64,000 nt of DNA. Origin: Thermodesulfobacteriota bacterium. GTDB taxonomy: Bacteria > Desulfobacterota_D > UBA1144 > Nemesobacterales > UBA2774. Made by a program: the position numbers and the translations under genes. The stretch spans positions 2,496,001 to 2,560,000 of the forward strand of contig OZ244991.1 in assembly GCA_965223335.1 (NCBI GenBank), in the 5' to 3' direction. Below, piece after piece: positions 8,205-17,937 of this stretch (the first letter of the stretch is position 1; each line of letters opens with the position of its first letter). The notes beneath the pieces were generated by a model. The model worked only from the letters and a program-made list of their open reading frames with translations, was not told the DNA's origin and did not search any database.

Positions 8205-8978
8205 CTATTGCTCGACGTCTGTGGAGGGGGTGATCTCCTCTATCCCGCCGTTTGCCGACACAATGGCAATAAAATAATTGCCCCTAAACCTCAGCTCCTC
8301 GGGTATGCCGTGCTGTTCCACCACGATATCATACACGCCGCTAGCCGGTAGTGTAGCTACGATCTCAAGCGGCAGCATACCGGTTAAGGCCTCAAGCTCC
8401 ACACCCCCGTCGCGGAGTATCATCGTAGCCTGTTCACCCACGTGCCCTGCCTCGGGGTCCTCTTCGAGTGTAATCACGACCTCGTCACCGCCGGTGCCTG
8501 CAAAACTGTGCGTATCGCGGTCGCGCCGTGGCTTGTTGTTGTCATCCCCCAACATCGCCGCAGCCGACACTGTTTCGTCTTCCTTGAGTTCGGACGATAT
8601 CTTATCCTTGGTCATCCTAAGCAGGACCTCGTCGTCGTCTTTTTTAAGTGTGAACTTCGTTTTGTCCAAGATCGGTCCAAGACACGAGAACGCACCCCCG
8701 GGATCAGGCACGCAGATACTGCAAGACCATTTGCCGTAGGGCGAAAATATATTTACATCCGCAGTATAAAACTTTGCACGATCCGCCCCCGGGCTCACGT
8801 CCACAAGCCCCGATGTCCTCAAAAACGGCCCTGTGCAATTGAGCTGAAGTGTCTCTGCGCCCTTCTCCTTTTCGTAAGTCACATAAAAAGGTATGTGCTT
8901 CTCGGCCAACGCTTCGTACGGCAAACCCGCAAAAACAATCAATGCTAATAATGAAAAAACAGTCCTAGATATATTCAT
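8205..8978 (-). CDS. Secreted hypothetical protein with a C-terminal PPC-like beta-sandwich
   Basis: Signal peptide (ALA); 'DRDTHSFAGTGGDEVVITL...LPASGVYDIVV'; RBS gggaggag. Confidence 0.65.
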   Translation of the reverse strand: MNISRTVFSLLALIVFAGLPYEALAEKHIPFYVTYEKEKGAETLQLNCTGPFLRTSGLVDVSPGADRAKFYTADVNIFSPYGKWSCSICVPDPGGAFSCLGPILDKTKFTLKKDDDEVLLRMTKDKISSELKEDETVSAAAMLGDDNNKPRRDRDTHSFAGTGGDEVVITLEEDPEAGHVGEQATMILRDGGVELEALTGMLPLEIVATLPASGVYDIVVEQHGIPEELRFRGNYFIAIVSANGGIEEITPSTDVEQ

Positions 8979-9370
8979 AAACTCCTCCCCCTTTGGATCG
9001 CTCCGAAATTGCTACATTGTAATAGTTTACGCTAAGTTTCAGTGTAAGGTGAAGAATTTTGGTGGGTCTATTTGCGTGACTATAGGTGCAAACAACCGAT
9101 CTAAGCACCGGCTATACATTTGCATTAGTTAGACAATACTTTATATATAAGACCTAACTGCCTGATAATATATAATATTCTAGGCATTACAAAGGGCTAT
9201 GAATACAGTTTTCATTAAGAGCAGTCTAAGCCCCTCTCCTCCAGCCCTGCCCAATACAGATACCGGTTTTCTACTAGGTATATTTCGGAAAGTATACAGT
9301 GAAAAACAACAGTTAAATACATTGGGGGTATCCGAAAAGCCCCAATACCCCACTGTAACCGAGAGCCCCG

Positions 9371-9562
9371 CTATTTGAATCCGGACTCACCAACGTATGT
9401 TGTATCATGCACTACGTTTTCTTGCTGGGTATTTATAGCTTTATCCGCAGAAGATGCTAAATTTAGTAATAGTACAGCGGTTAAAATAATTAGTATCGTG
9501 CCTATAGCCGTGTAGACTAGGTATTTAAACATTCTAATTTCACCCCTCCAAGCAAATTCCAT
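9371..9562 (-). CDS. Small single-pass membrane hypothetical protein
   Basis: One TM helix. True start is probably the internal MFKYLV, which follows ggaggg. Confidence 0.45.
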   Translation of the reverse strand: MEFAWRGEIRMFKYLVYTAIGTILIILTAVLLLNLASSADKAINTQQENVVHDTTYVGESGFK

Positions 9563-9832
9563 ATTCCCAAATCCCTAGAACCTGCTGGACAACCACATCC
9601 TCCAATCATGCATATGCAACTAAGTATATTATACATTAACTCGCAAATTATGTCACTACAAGCAATTTCCGCAATTTATTTCCTAGACCCTTGTATCACG
9701 CTGTAATCATTGAGTATTATCTTTATTGTATTGATGACCCGATCATATGCACCAACCGCCTTTATCCCACACCTTGCAAAACACTGCGCAACTCTCTATA
9801 CTCGTAGCCTAAAGTATCCCGAGAATAGATAT

Positions 9833-11113
9833 ATGCCCTCTGAAAACACTCTATTCCCTCATAAAAAGACCGTAATTGCAACATCCCTCGCTATCATTCT
9901 CGAGTGGTATAATTTCTCTATCTTCGGCTTTTTCGCCGTCGTTATCTCAAAGCTGTTTTTTCCATTTACCAGCGAGTCAGCATCGATCATCTTCACATAC
10001 GTTTTGTTTGCCGTGAGTTTTTTGTTCCGCCCTCTGGGGTCGGTGGTCATCGGCTACCTGGGCGACCGCTATGGCAGGAAAAACGCCTTTATACTCACGC
10101 TTATTTTAATCACACTCCCCACGGTGCTTATAGGGTTGCTACCCACGTACGCCGATATCGGCGTTACAGCGACTGTGCTGCTCATAGTGCTTCGTATAGC
10201 ACAGGGGCTATCAGTCGGGGGCGAGCGGTCGTCCACCATCTCGCTACTGGCCGAGATTGCACCCCCGGGGCTTCGAGGTGTGTACAGCAGTCTCTCGCTC
10301 TTTAGCACCACTGTGGGCATTTTGCTGGCCTCTGCGGTGTGCGGCTATGTGTCGGGGGCTATGAGCGAAGATGCGCTTTACCGCTGGGGTTGGCGTATCC
10401 CTTTTATTTTCGGGCTCCTCACGGGTGTGGCGTCCCTCTTCCTCCGCAGAATATTGGTGGAATCGACTAAATTCACCGAGCTCCGCCAGCGTGGCCAGGT
10501 CTCGTCCTCGCCCCTTGTAGAGTCGATCAAAAACCACTGGCGCGCCATACTCACCGTGCTCTCGGCCACACTCATGTTCGCAGTCAGTTTCTACCTAATC
10601 TTCATCTACGTCATCACATTCGGGGCCAAGATCGGGGGAATGCCGCTATCTACCGTACTCAACATGACAACGATTAATCTGGCCATTATCACAGTGATGG
10701 TCCCGGCATGCGGCTACCTGGCAGACAAAGTCGGGCGCAAACCGGTGATGATAGCAGGGTGTGCGGGGATGGCCGTGGTGTCGCTATTTTTCTTCCAGAT
10801 ATACGCCACAGGCACGCTATCTCAAAAGGTATTCATACAGCTCTCGGCCGGGGTAATGAACCTGCTCTTTGCAGGGGGGCTCGCGGCGTTTATGGCCGAG
10901 TGCTTCCCCACACGTGTGCGAATGAGCGGAATTTCTATGGGCAATGTGGTCAGCTTCTCGGTGTTCGGGGGCTCGGCGCCCCTCATAGCAGCCTATCTAG
11001 TGGACAAAACGGGTGATGTGAATTCGCCGGGGATATACCTGCTTGTGTGCTCTTTAATCTCGCTCGTAACTATAGTTATAGTCAAAGAAACCAGGGGCAA
11101 GAGCCTCGAGTAA
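9833..11113 (+). CDS. MFS transporter, metabolite:H+ symporter (ProP-like) family
   Basis: 'LEWYNFSIFG', 'GYLGDRYGRK', 'RIAQGLSVGGE', 'WGWRIPF'; about 12 TM segments. Confidence 0.9.
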   Translation: MPSENTLFPHKKTVIATSLAIILEWYNFSIFGFFAVVISKLFFPFTSESASIIFTYVLFAVSFLFRPLGSVVIGYLGDRYGRKNAFILTLILITLPTVLIGLLPTYADIGVTATVLLIVLRIAQGLSVGGERSSTISLLAEIAPPGLRGVYSSLSLFSTTVGILLASAVCGYVSGAMSEDALYRWGWRIPFIFGLLTGVASLFLRRILVESTKFTELRQRGQVSSSPLVESIKNHWRAILTVLSATLMFAVSFYLIFIYVITFGAKIGGMPLSTVLNMTTINLAIITVMVPACGYLADKVGRKPVMIAGCAGMAVVSLFFFQIYATGTLSQKVFIQLSAGVMNLLFAGGLAAFMAECFPTRVRMSGISMGNVVSFSVFGGSAPLIAAYLVDKTGDVNSPGIYLLVCSLISLVTIVIVKETRGKSLE

Positions 11114-11122
11114 TAATCGGCC

Positions 11123-11614
11123 CTAGTCGGTGGATTTACGCGTTTTATACTCGTCTACAGTGATTATGTCGAGCTTGTATCTCGGGTCGTAGCTCTCTGT
11201 GCAGAACCTGCACGAATACTCACGGTGCACCTGTCTGTAAAATGGCGTGCTTTTACCACACTCGGGGCATATCCCCATATATTTGCCGCGTGGAAGATTA
11301 GTACCATTCAGGTCTGCACACCTTCTGGGCTCGCACCCCACCTCGACCGCAATCTCCTTCCAGCGCCTACCGTGCCCCGTGCTCCCGGTCTCGATGTAAT
11401 GAAGCGCATGCGCCACTTCGTGGAGCAGCGTGTCGCGTATCACGGCTATGGGATTTGTCTCCATATAGGCGAGTGAAAGTGAGATAATCTTGCGCTGGGG
11501 CTTACAATAGCCGAGCTTCCGCTTTTGGTTGGAAAACCTAAGTTCCCAGCCCCCAAGCCCCCACTTGCTCCGGCACTCATCCCACAGATCCGCTATCTCT
11601 TCTACAGTAGTCAT
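11123..11614 (-). CDS. SprT-like zinc metalloprotease domain protein
   Basis: 'TLLHEVAHA', 'GHGRRWK' and two C-terminal CxxC motifs. Confidence 0.85.
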   Translation of the reverse strand: MTTVEEIADLWDECRSKWGLGGWELRFSNQKRKLGYCKPQRKIISLSLAYMETNPIAVIRDTLLHEVAHALHYIETGSTGHGRRWKEIAVEVGCEPRRCADLNGTNLPRGKYMGICPECGKSTPFYRQVHREYSCRFCTESYDPRYKLDIITVDEYKTRKSTD

Positions 11615-11655
11615 ATGTGTACTAGCATTCGCTCAATTCGCAATTTGAGAAACTC

Positions 11656-12111
11656 TTACTTGCTGCAGTAGCTATCCACAATGTAGTTGTCTACGGACCA
11701 CCTTCCCCCGCCTGCAAGCATAACTACTATACCCAGTCCCAGCACTGCCAGGTGGTACTCAAACCCCTCGCCCTGCTGCGTGCCGAACCAGTTCATGAAA
11801 AAGCCGTGCTCAAGGTGCACCATAAATATCGCACCCAGCATTATAAGGCTTATGCCGAATGCCGCAAACCTGCTTATGAGACCTAATATGAGCATTATAG
11901 CCCCTACAGACTCCCCTAAGATGATGAGTATCGCTACAGGCGCGGGTATCCCCGACTGTACAAAAAAATCTACCGTGGGTGAAAACCCGTATCCCCCAAA
12001 CGCACCTACTGTCTTTTGCAGGCCGTGGGGCAGTATAATGAAACCCAAAAACAATCTGGCAACCAATGCCGCTGTGTTATTGCAATCGGTCTGTAATAAC
12101 TGTTTTAACAT
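11656..12111 (-). CDS. DoxX family membrane protein
   Basis: 'PHGLQK..G.FGG.G', 'GFFMNW.G...GEGFEYH', 'GGGRWSVD'. Confidence 0.9.
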   Translation of the reverse strand: MLKQLLQTDCNNTAALVARLFLGFIILPHGLQKTVGAFGGYGFSPTVDFFVQSGIPAPVAILIILGESVGAIMLILGLISRFAAFGISLIMLGAIFMVHLEHGFFMNWFGTQQGEGFEYHLAVLGLGIVVMLAGGGRWSVDNYIVDSYCSK

Positions 12112-12220
12112 ATATTCCTCCAGTACATGTTTGGTGTGTCCAAGGCACCTTACATATTAGATGCATATATTACATAAAGATGCCCAATGCGCCACAACAT
12201 ATTATTTTGCAAACTATTCA

Positions 12221-12550
12221 TTAGTTGAGCGATTCCACCGGCAGTCCCGCCTCTATCCAGTCCTGTTTGCCCTGGGCGTACTCATACACACTCGTATACC
12301 CCATGTCCTCAAGCGCTCGGACTGCTTTTACCGAGTTCTGACACGCCTCATCGGCACAATACACAACAATCCGTGCATCTTTGTCCGGCAACAGTTTATC
12401 GGCTTTTTCTCCCGCCTCGGTATGATCCATCTGCAATGCTCCCGGGATATGGGCATCTTTCCAGTGCATCTCACCCAAAGCCTCTACCACCGTAAGCTGC
12501 TCATTGTTTTCTATTAGCCAAGCGAGCTCATCTCTTGCGATATATTTCAT
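12221..12550 (-). CDS. Single-domain rhodanese-like protein
   Basis: 'AHIPGA', active-site loop 'VYCADEACQNS', 'GKQDWIEAGLPVE'; RBS ggagg before ATG 12550. Confidence 0.9.
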   Translation of the reverse strand: MKYIARDELAWLIENNEQLTVVEALGEMHWKDAHIPGALQMDHTEAGEKADKLLPDKDARIVVYCADEACQNSVKAVRALEDMGYTSVYEYAQGKQDWIEAGLPVESLN

Positions 12551-12574
12551 ATATAAAACCTCCTTGATTCTATT

Positions 12575-12630
12575 TAGTTGCATATGCAACTATTGTTATT
12601 TATAACACAAACTAGTTGCAATTGCAACAG
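12575..12630. promoter_or_regulatory. Two palindromic operators in the divergent rhodanese/MarR promoter
   Basis: TAGTTGCATATGCAACTA (perfect, 12575-12592) and TAGTTGCAATTGCAACAG (12613-12630). Confidence 0.75.
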
Positions 12631-12651
12631 AGTTGTATTATATTAGGGGAA

Positions 12652-13095
12652 ATGGCTAAAGAGATTACAGACAAAGAGACCAGGGCGTGGGTGGGGTTGG
12701 TACATGCACAGCAGATACTGGTCGAAAAAGTAGAGCGCGATCTTAAACAGCAGGGGCTACCCCCCCTCGGGTGGTACGATGTGCTCTGGGAGCTTGAGCG
12801 CACACCGGGCGGGATGCTCCGTTTAAACGACCTGGGCAAAAGAGTACTGCTCAGCAAATACAATGTCACACGCCTGGTACAGAGGCTCGATGAGGCGGGG
12901 CTGGTCAAAAAAGAGTGCTGCACTCAAGACGGCCGCGGCATAGTGGCATGCATCACACCCAAGGGCAAAAAACTACGTAAAAAAATGTGGCCCGTATACC
13001 AAGAGGCGCTCAGAAAACATTTCCTTGCTAATTACAATAAAACAGAGCTAGACCTGCTCACCAAGCTCGTAAACCGCATAGCCTCCCCGGACTGA
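12652..13095 (+). CDS. MarR family transcriptional regulator
   Basis: 'WYDVLWEL', 'LSKYNVTRLVQRL...GLV', wing 'DGRG', 'ITPKG'. Confidence 0.92.
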   Translation: MAKEITDKETRAWVGLVHAQQILVEKVERDLKQQGLPPLGWYDVLWELERTPGGMLRLNDLGKRVLLSKYNVTRLVQRLDEAGLVKKECCTQDGRGIVACITPKGKKLRKKMWPVYQEALRKHFLANYNKTELDLLTKLVNRIASPD

Positions 13096-13250
13096 TACAC
13101 TCTCTGCCCGACACTTATTTTATATCAACACCACTGTTCCCCGACAGCCAATTTCCGTGTGGAAATCACCGATTTTTCAGATATATATTATTAGAGGAGC
13201 CATTTAGAGCTATATATATTTAGATATAGACAACAGTAAGGGACACTGCC

Positions 13251-14561
13251 ATCATAGACAGCTCAGATTTAGATACCACGGTAGAGGGCGCCGAGGCGCT
13301 TACCGCAATAGAGTGTTTCAAGATCGACCTGCTCTCCATGGGCAAAGGGGTGGCCGACATCATAGCCGAGGCCGAATACTACCCCGACACCCCACTAATA
13401 CAGTCCTACGCCGCCACGGTGTGGCTCTACGGGCAGACCAAAGAGGCCGACCACACAGCACTTGAGTACCTTAAACGGGCCAAAGCACTGCTAAAATACG
13501 CCAACGAGCGCGAGGCACTATTTTATTCCGCGCTCGAGTGCTGGTACCAAAGACGGCTTAACGATGCGGCCTCAAAACTCGAAGCTCTCATAAAGCAGTG
13601 GCCACGCGACCTGGTAGCACTCAAGGTGCTCGAGTTCATCTACTATATGATGGGCCAGGAACACTCCGGCCCCAGGTTTCTCCAAACCACCGAGTCCATC
13701 TACCCGCCCAATGAACACTCGGGTTATTTCCTCTCGAGCCACTCGTTTGCGCTCGAGCTATGCGGGGAGTATAACGATGCCAGAGCGGCTTCAGAACAGG
13801 CGATCGAGCTCGAGGCCATGAACCCCTGGGCCCACCACACCCTCTCACACGTGTTCATAAAGACCGGTGACCTAGAGCAGGGCACCAGGCTCCTTGAGGA
13901 CTACCAAGACGTGTGGCAGCACTCGGGCCAGGCCATCCACTCCCATAACAACTGGCACCTGGCACTCCTATACCTCGAGTCCCTCGACACCCAATCCGCC
14001 TACTCCGTACTCGACTCCAAGATACTAAGCGACTCGCCCCATATGGTCATCCAGCAGCTGGACGCAATCTCTTTGTTATGGCGCCTCGAGATGGCCGGGC
14101 ACCATGTCCCCCATAGCGACTGGGCGCGGATTGCAGACGACGTAAGCGAGAACGCAAAACGGTGCTACACCCCATTTAATAGCGCGCACTACATCTACGC
14201 ACTCAGCAGGGCAGCCCGCACACACGACCTCGTCTCGGCGCTCGACTCCATAAAAAGCTATGTCAACGAGACCCCATGCCCCGAGGTCGAGGTTTGGAAG
14301 TCCGTGGGCATCACTCTTATCGAGGCCGCCTCACTTATGGCCGAGGACAACTACGAGCGGGCAAGGGACCTCTTTAGTGAAATAATCAACAATGTATCGA
14401 TTGTCGGGGGCAGCGATGCGCAAAACGACCTGTTTCGCCAGGCCTACCTTACCAGCTTGATTAACTGCGGCAATAAAAACAAAGCAAACGACTATATGGC
14501 AAAAATCTCCTCGTCCCCCCGGCCAACCCCCCTCCAATCATACTGGCGCTCGCTACTTTAA
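13251..14561 (+). CDS. TTC38-like tetratricopeptide repeat protein (start uncertain; first ATG at 13338)
   Basis: 'WAHHTLSHV', 'HNNWHLAL', 'DAISLLWRL', 'GGSDAQNDLF'. Frame is open from 13230. Confidence 0.8.
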   Translation: MIDSSDLDTTVEGAEALTAIECFKIDLLSMGKGVADIIAEAEYYPDTPLIQSYAATVWLYGQTKEADHTALEYLKRAKALLKYANEREALFYSALECWYQRRLNDAASKLEALIKQWPRDLVALKVLEFIYYMMGQEHSGPRFLQTTESIYPPNEHSGYFLSSHSFALELCGEYNDARAASEQAIELEAMNPWAHHTLSHVFIKTGDLEQGTRLLEDYQDVWQHSGQAIHSHNNWHLALLYLESLDTQSAYSVLDSKILSDSPHMVIQQLDAISLLWRLEMAGHHVPHSDWARIADDVSENAKRCYTPFNSAHYIYALSRAARTHDLVSALDSIKSYVNETPCPEVEVWKSVGITLIEAASLMAEDNYERARDLFSEIINNVSIVGGSDAQNDLFRQAYLTSLINCGNKNKANDYMAKISSSPRPTPLQSYWRSLL

Positions 14562-14625
14562 CGGCCTTTACATCTCACCCCGCAGGGTAGCAAATCCCCA
14601 CGCTCCATATTAGTATTACAGTGGT

Positions 14626-15270
14626 ATGAATAAGCTTAGGTTTGCAGCGATCTCAGGTGGGCTTTGGGCCGGGCTCTCACTGGTCTTGGTCCTTATCGCC
14701 ATAGTGCAGGGCAAGTCCACGGGTTACGTAGAGGTCGATTTCAGGCCGCTTACCTCTCTTTACCTGCTTATCACAAACCCGCTTGAGTCGTCCAGGTACA
14801 TTGCACTCGTGTCACAGTTCGGTTTCCCGATTACTGGACTACACACAGCAATCTCTGTGATCACTGGGTTTATAGACGGGTTTACGAGCGGTTATCTCAT
14901 CGCACTTTTCTACAACCTTCTGTCGCAAGAAAATGAGCCGGGCATGGTGCAAATCGCGCTTACCTTCGGGATATCAGCGGGCATAGTGTTTGCCCTTACC
15001 TCCGCACTTTTGGCTCTGGTCACAATCGTATACAGCTTCCAGGTACCCGGGATTGAGTACAACCTCCGCCCCCTGGCACTAGTGTTTAAAATGCTGGGCG
15101 TGGTACCGGGCGTAGAGCTCTTGGCACCGGTGCTAAACTCATACGCGCTTTATCCCGCCACTGCGAGCGGAGTGTTTATGTGGGCACTATGGGGATTTAT
15201 AGACGGGTTAATAGGTGGGGCGGTCGCGGCCTGCCTATATCTTTGGATCAAGTCGCTAATATTCGAGTAA
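14626..15270 (+). CDS. Membrane protein with an internal two-fold repeat
   Basis: 'GFIDGFTSGYLIALFYN' and 'GFIDGLIGGAVAACLY'; multiple TM segments. Confidence 0.7.
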   Translation: MNKLRFAAISGGLWAGLSLVLVLIAIVQGKSTGYVEVDFRPLTSLYLLITNPLESSRYIALVSQFGFPITGLHTAISVITGFIDGFTSGYLIALFYNLLSQENEPGMVQIALTFGISAGIVFALTSALLALVTIVYSFQVPGIEYNLRPLALVFKMLGVVPGVELLAPVLNSYALYPATASGVFMWALWGFIDGLIGGAVAACLYLWIKSLIFE

Positions 15271-15271
15271 T

Positions 15272-16492
15272 CTAAGTATCGCTGCACTCCTCGAACCCCC
15301 GCTCACCCTCCGAGCCGAGCCATATGCAGAGCACCTCAAGCCTAAGCTCTTTACCCCCCTCGCCGTTTGTAAGCACCACAAGTCCAGAGCCCTTCTCCGC
15401 TATCCCCGCTACCAACGAGTACCACCCGGGGCTATTGTCGCCGGGGTGATAAAACAGCGTATAGCCGCTAATGGGCAGCTTTTTAAGCGCATAGCCCAGC
15501 CCATGCGTGCTGCCGCTTAAAAGCAGTGCATTGTCGGAATTAGGTACGGGTCTTAGCATTGCCTCCACGCTCTTTTTCTTTAGCACCTTGCGCCCGGGCT
15601 TCTGACCGTCGGTGTCGGTCATTGTCGAGGCCACAAACCGTGCCATGTCCACAGGCGTGGTCAGCAGCCCCTGCGGGGCCTTGGCGCTATAGCGCTTGTT
15701 GGGTAGTTCCCTGCCCCGTCTATCGTACGATACCGACTGCGCTGAATAATCACCCTCGGGGGGCTTAAAACTGCTCCGTGTCATCCCAAGCGGCTCTAGA
15801 ATTCGCGTGCGGAGCATTACAGCGAACGGCTTCCCTGTCAGGTCCTCTATAAGCCTCTCTAGCACAGCGTAGCTGCCCGAGGAATACAACCACCCCTCGC
15901 CCGGAGGCTTTACCGGCCCTACCCCCTTGCCCCCTGCGTCCACTGCCGAGCTAAGTGCCTCGTCCAGGCTCTCGGTCTCCTGCTCTATTGTAAAACCCCC
16001 GTACTCGGCAATGTTGAGCCCGGCTGTGTGGCTAAGGAGCCCTCTGGTGCTTATTGCCTTACCGCTATAGTGATTTGAGGGCGGACTCCAACTGCGAAGA
16101 TATGTCGAAACAGGGAGGTCCAGGTCTATTTTGCCGCCCTGCACAAGCTTCATCACAGCCCAAGCAGTAACCGGCTTCGAGATCGTACCCACCTGGAAAA
16201 CGGTATTGGCAGTCACAGGCACGCGCTCGGTGGTGTTCGAGTAGCCATAGCCCTTTACCCATACCACCTCTCCCTCGGCAATCTGGGCAATCGCTACACC
16301 AGGCACATTGTATTTTGCCATAAGCCCGGGCACAGCTTCATTAATCTCGGCCCTGAGTGCTCTATCCACTTTAAAACTCTGCTTGGATGCCCATGCCGGC
16401 ACACCACCCACCACAGCCGCAAAAACCAAAACGGCAGCCACGATGAACCCGAACGCTTCGAAAGTCTTTTGATTATGCAAGTTCCACCACAA
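15272..16492 (-). CDS. Serine hydrolase (beta-lactamase class C-like) family protein, with TxxK in place of SxxK
   Basis: 'VPGVAIA', 'FQVGTISKPV', 'LLSHTAG', 'YSSGSY', 'PLGM', 'LVVLTN'; signal peptide. Confidence 0.88.
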   Translation of the reverse strand: MWWNLHNQKTFEAFGFIVAAVLVFAAVVGGVPAWASKQSFKVDRALRAEINEAVPGLMAKYNVPGVAIAQIAEGEVVWVKGYGYSNTTERVPVTANTVFQVGTISKPVTAWAVMKLVQGGKIDLDLPVSTYLRSWSPPSNHYSGKAISTRGLLSHTAGLNIAEYGGFTIEQETESLDEALSSAVDAGGKGVGPVKPPGEGWLYSSGSYAVLERLIEDLTGKPFAVMLRTRILEPLGMTRSSFKPPEGDYSAQSVSYDRRGRELPNKRYSAKAPQGLLTTPVDMARFVASTMTDTDGQKPGRKVLKKKSVEAMLRPVPNSDNALLLSGSTHGLGYALKKLPISGYTLFYHPGDNSPGWYSLVAGIAEKGSGLVVLTNGEGGKELRLEVLCIWLGSEGERGFEECSDT

Positions 16493-16616
16493 TCGCTAGG
16501 TTATATAAGTAGTTGGAGATAAGCTCACGCCTTTTTGGCGGCTTACCGGTATTAGTAGAAATATTGTACCCGAAATTAAATGTAATTGGCCCCGTGGCAA
16601 TAAAAACTGAACGGGT

Positions 16617-17024
16617 TTAAGCAGTTTTGGGCTTGGAATTCATCAACTCGATCCGTTTTAGCATAAGCTCTGCGATCGAGTGCGCCCTTGTTTTGGCTTT
16701 ATTCGCAATCTCGCCGCTATAGAGCTCATCGGTTGTGGAGTTAAACAGATAGAGCCATCTGGTAAAATAGCCCTTTTTGAGGGGCAATTTCTGGTTTAGG
16801 TCAAAATGCACGTTCATCGCCTTGGCACCGCGTTTATACACCGGGCGGTTAAAGAGCACAGTCTCCCAAAAATCCGCAAGCACCGGCAGGTGCTCGTCCA
16901 GGTTGAGTTTAGCATAGTGGGTAAATATAAACCCTATAAACGGGTCCACCATCATGCGCTCGTAAAACCTCTTCATGAGCCTGTCTATATCTGCTCTCGA
17001 CTCTATGTCGGTCTTTGTGGTCAT
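16617..17024 (-). CDS. Group III truncated hemoglobin
   Basis: 'DI.SRADI..L...FY', 'EHLPVLADFW', proximal His in 'NVH', 'FTRWL.LF'. Confidence 0.9.
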   Translation of the reverse strand: MTTKTDIESRADIDRLMKRFYERMMVDPFIGFIFTHYAKLNLDEHLPVLADFWETVLFNRPVYKRGAKAMNVHFDLNQKLPLKKGYFTRWLYLFNSTTDELYSGEIANKAKTRAHSIAELMLKRIELMNSKPKTA

Positions 17025-17115
17025 TGCCGCTTCCCTAAAACGAGTGTATAAGTTTACCAGGAAATTCACAATCCGCACCTCGATTCACCGCACAATTCAT
17101 GTACACTAATCCCCA

Positions 17116-17811
17116 ATGTCCGGGAACTACGACCCCAAAGAGCGCTTTGACGAAAAGGCAGCCAGGTACGATGACGAGATTACTACAGTCATCCCGGGCT
17201 ACGACACACTCCACGAACTCACCATGCATATCCTCTCGGCTCACCTGCCCGACCCCTCCCACGTTATGGTAGCAGGAATCGGCACGGCAAACGAGGCTAT
17301 TAACCTTACAAAAAATTTCCCAACCCTAAAGGTTACGGGCTTTGATGTCTCGGACGAGATGCTAAAGACCGCCAGCACCAAGATAGAGTCACTGGGAGTG
17401 GGGGACCGCATAACTCTTGTTAAAGGCACGGCCGAGGACATAGACCATAAGTCGTTCGACGCAGCCACCTCGATGCTGGTTATGCACTTTGTAGCGCGCA
17501 ACGATAAATTTAAGTACCTGCGCTCAATAGCCGACCGGCTTAAACCCGGGGGTGCATTCGTATCCGCCGAGGTTGTGGGCTATAAGGACGAAAGCGATTT
17601 CGAGTCTCACCTGGGGGTATGGGAGTCCTTCCAGCGGGCCAATCGCGAGCGCACTCAAGATATTCCCGAGACCTTAGAGCACATACGCAACGACCTCGCA
17701 CTGCTTACCCGCGATGAAACCACAGACCTCATGAAACAGGCCGGGTTCAAGGACATAAATTTCTATTTCCGCTCGCTCATGATCCAGGCCTACTCTGCTG
17801 TTAAAGCTTAG
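17116..17811 (+). CDS. Class I SAM-dependent methyltransferase (CmoA-like)
   Basis: 'VIPGY', motif I 'VAGIGT', 'GFDVSDEML', 'LKPGG'. Confidence 0.85.
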   Translation: MSGNYDPKERFDEKAARYDDEITTVIPGYDTLHELTMHILSAHLPDPSHVMVAGIGTANEAINLTKNFPTLKVTGFDVSDEMLKTASTKIESLGVGDRITLVKGTAEDIDHKSFDAATSMLVMHFVARNDKFKYLRSIADRLKPGGAFVSAEVVGYKDESDFESHLGVWESFQRANRERTQDIPETLEHIRNDLALLTRDETTDLMKQAGFKDINFYFRSLMIQAYSAVKA

Positions 17812-17863
17812 CCCCATACACATTGACCAAGTTCATTTTTCAATAAAGCTCTGTTTTTATAGA

Positions 17864-17892
17864 TTGAACAACCACAATGAGTTTGTTATAGT
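17864..17892 (+). promoter_or_regulatory. Putative sigma70 promoter
   Basis: TTGAAC, 17 bp, TATAGT with an extended TG, upstream of 17938. Confidence 0.5.
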
Positions 17893-17937
17893 AAATGCTA
17901 AGAGGGTAGTAAATCCTATGCTACAGGGGTAGACACA

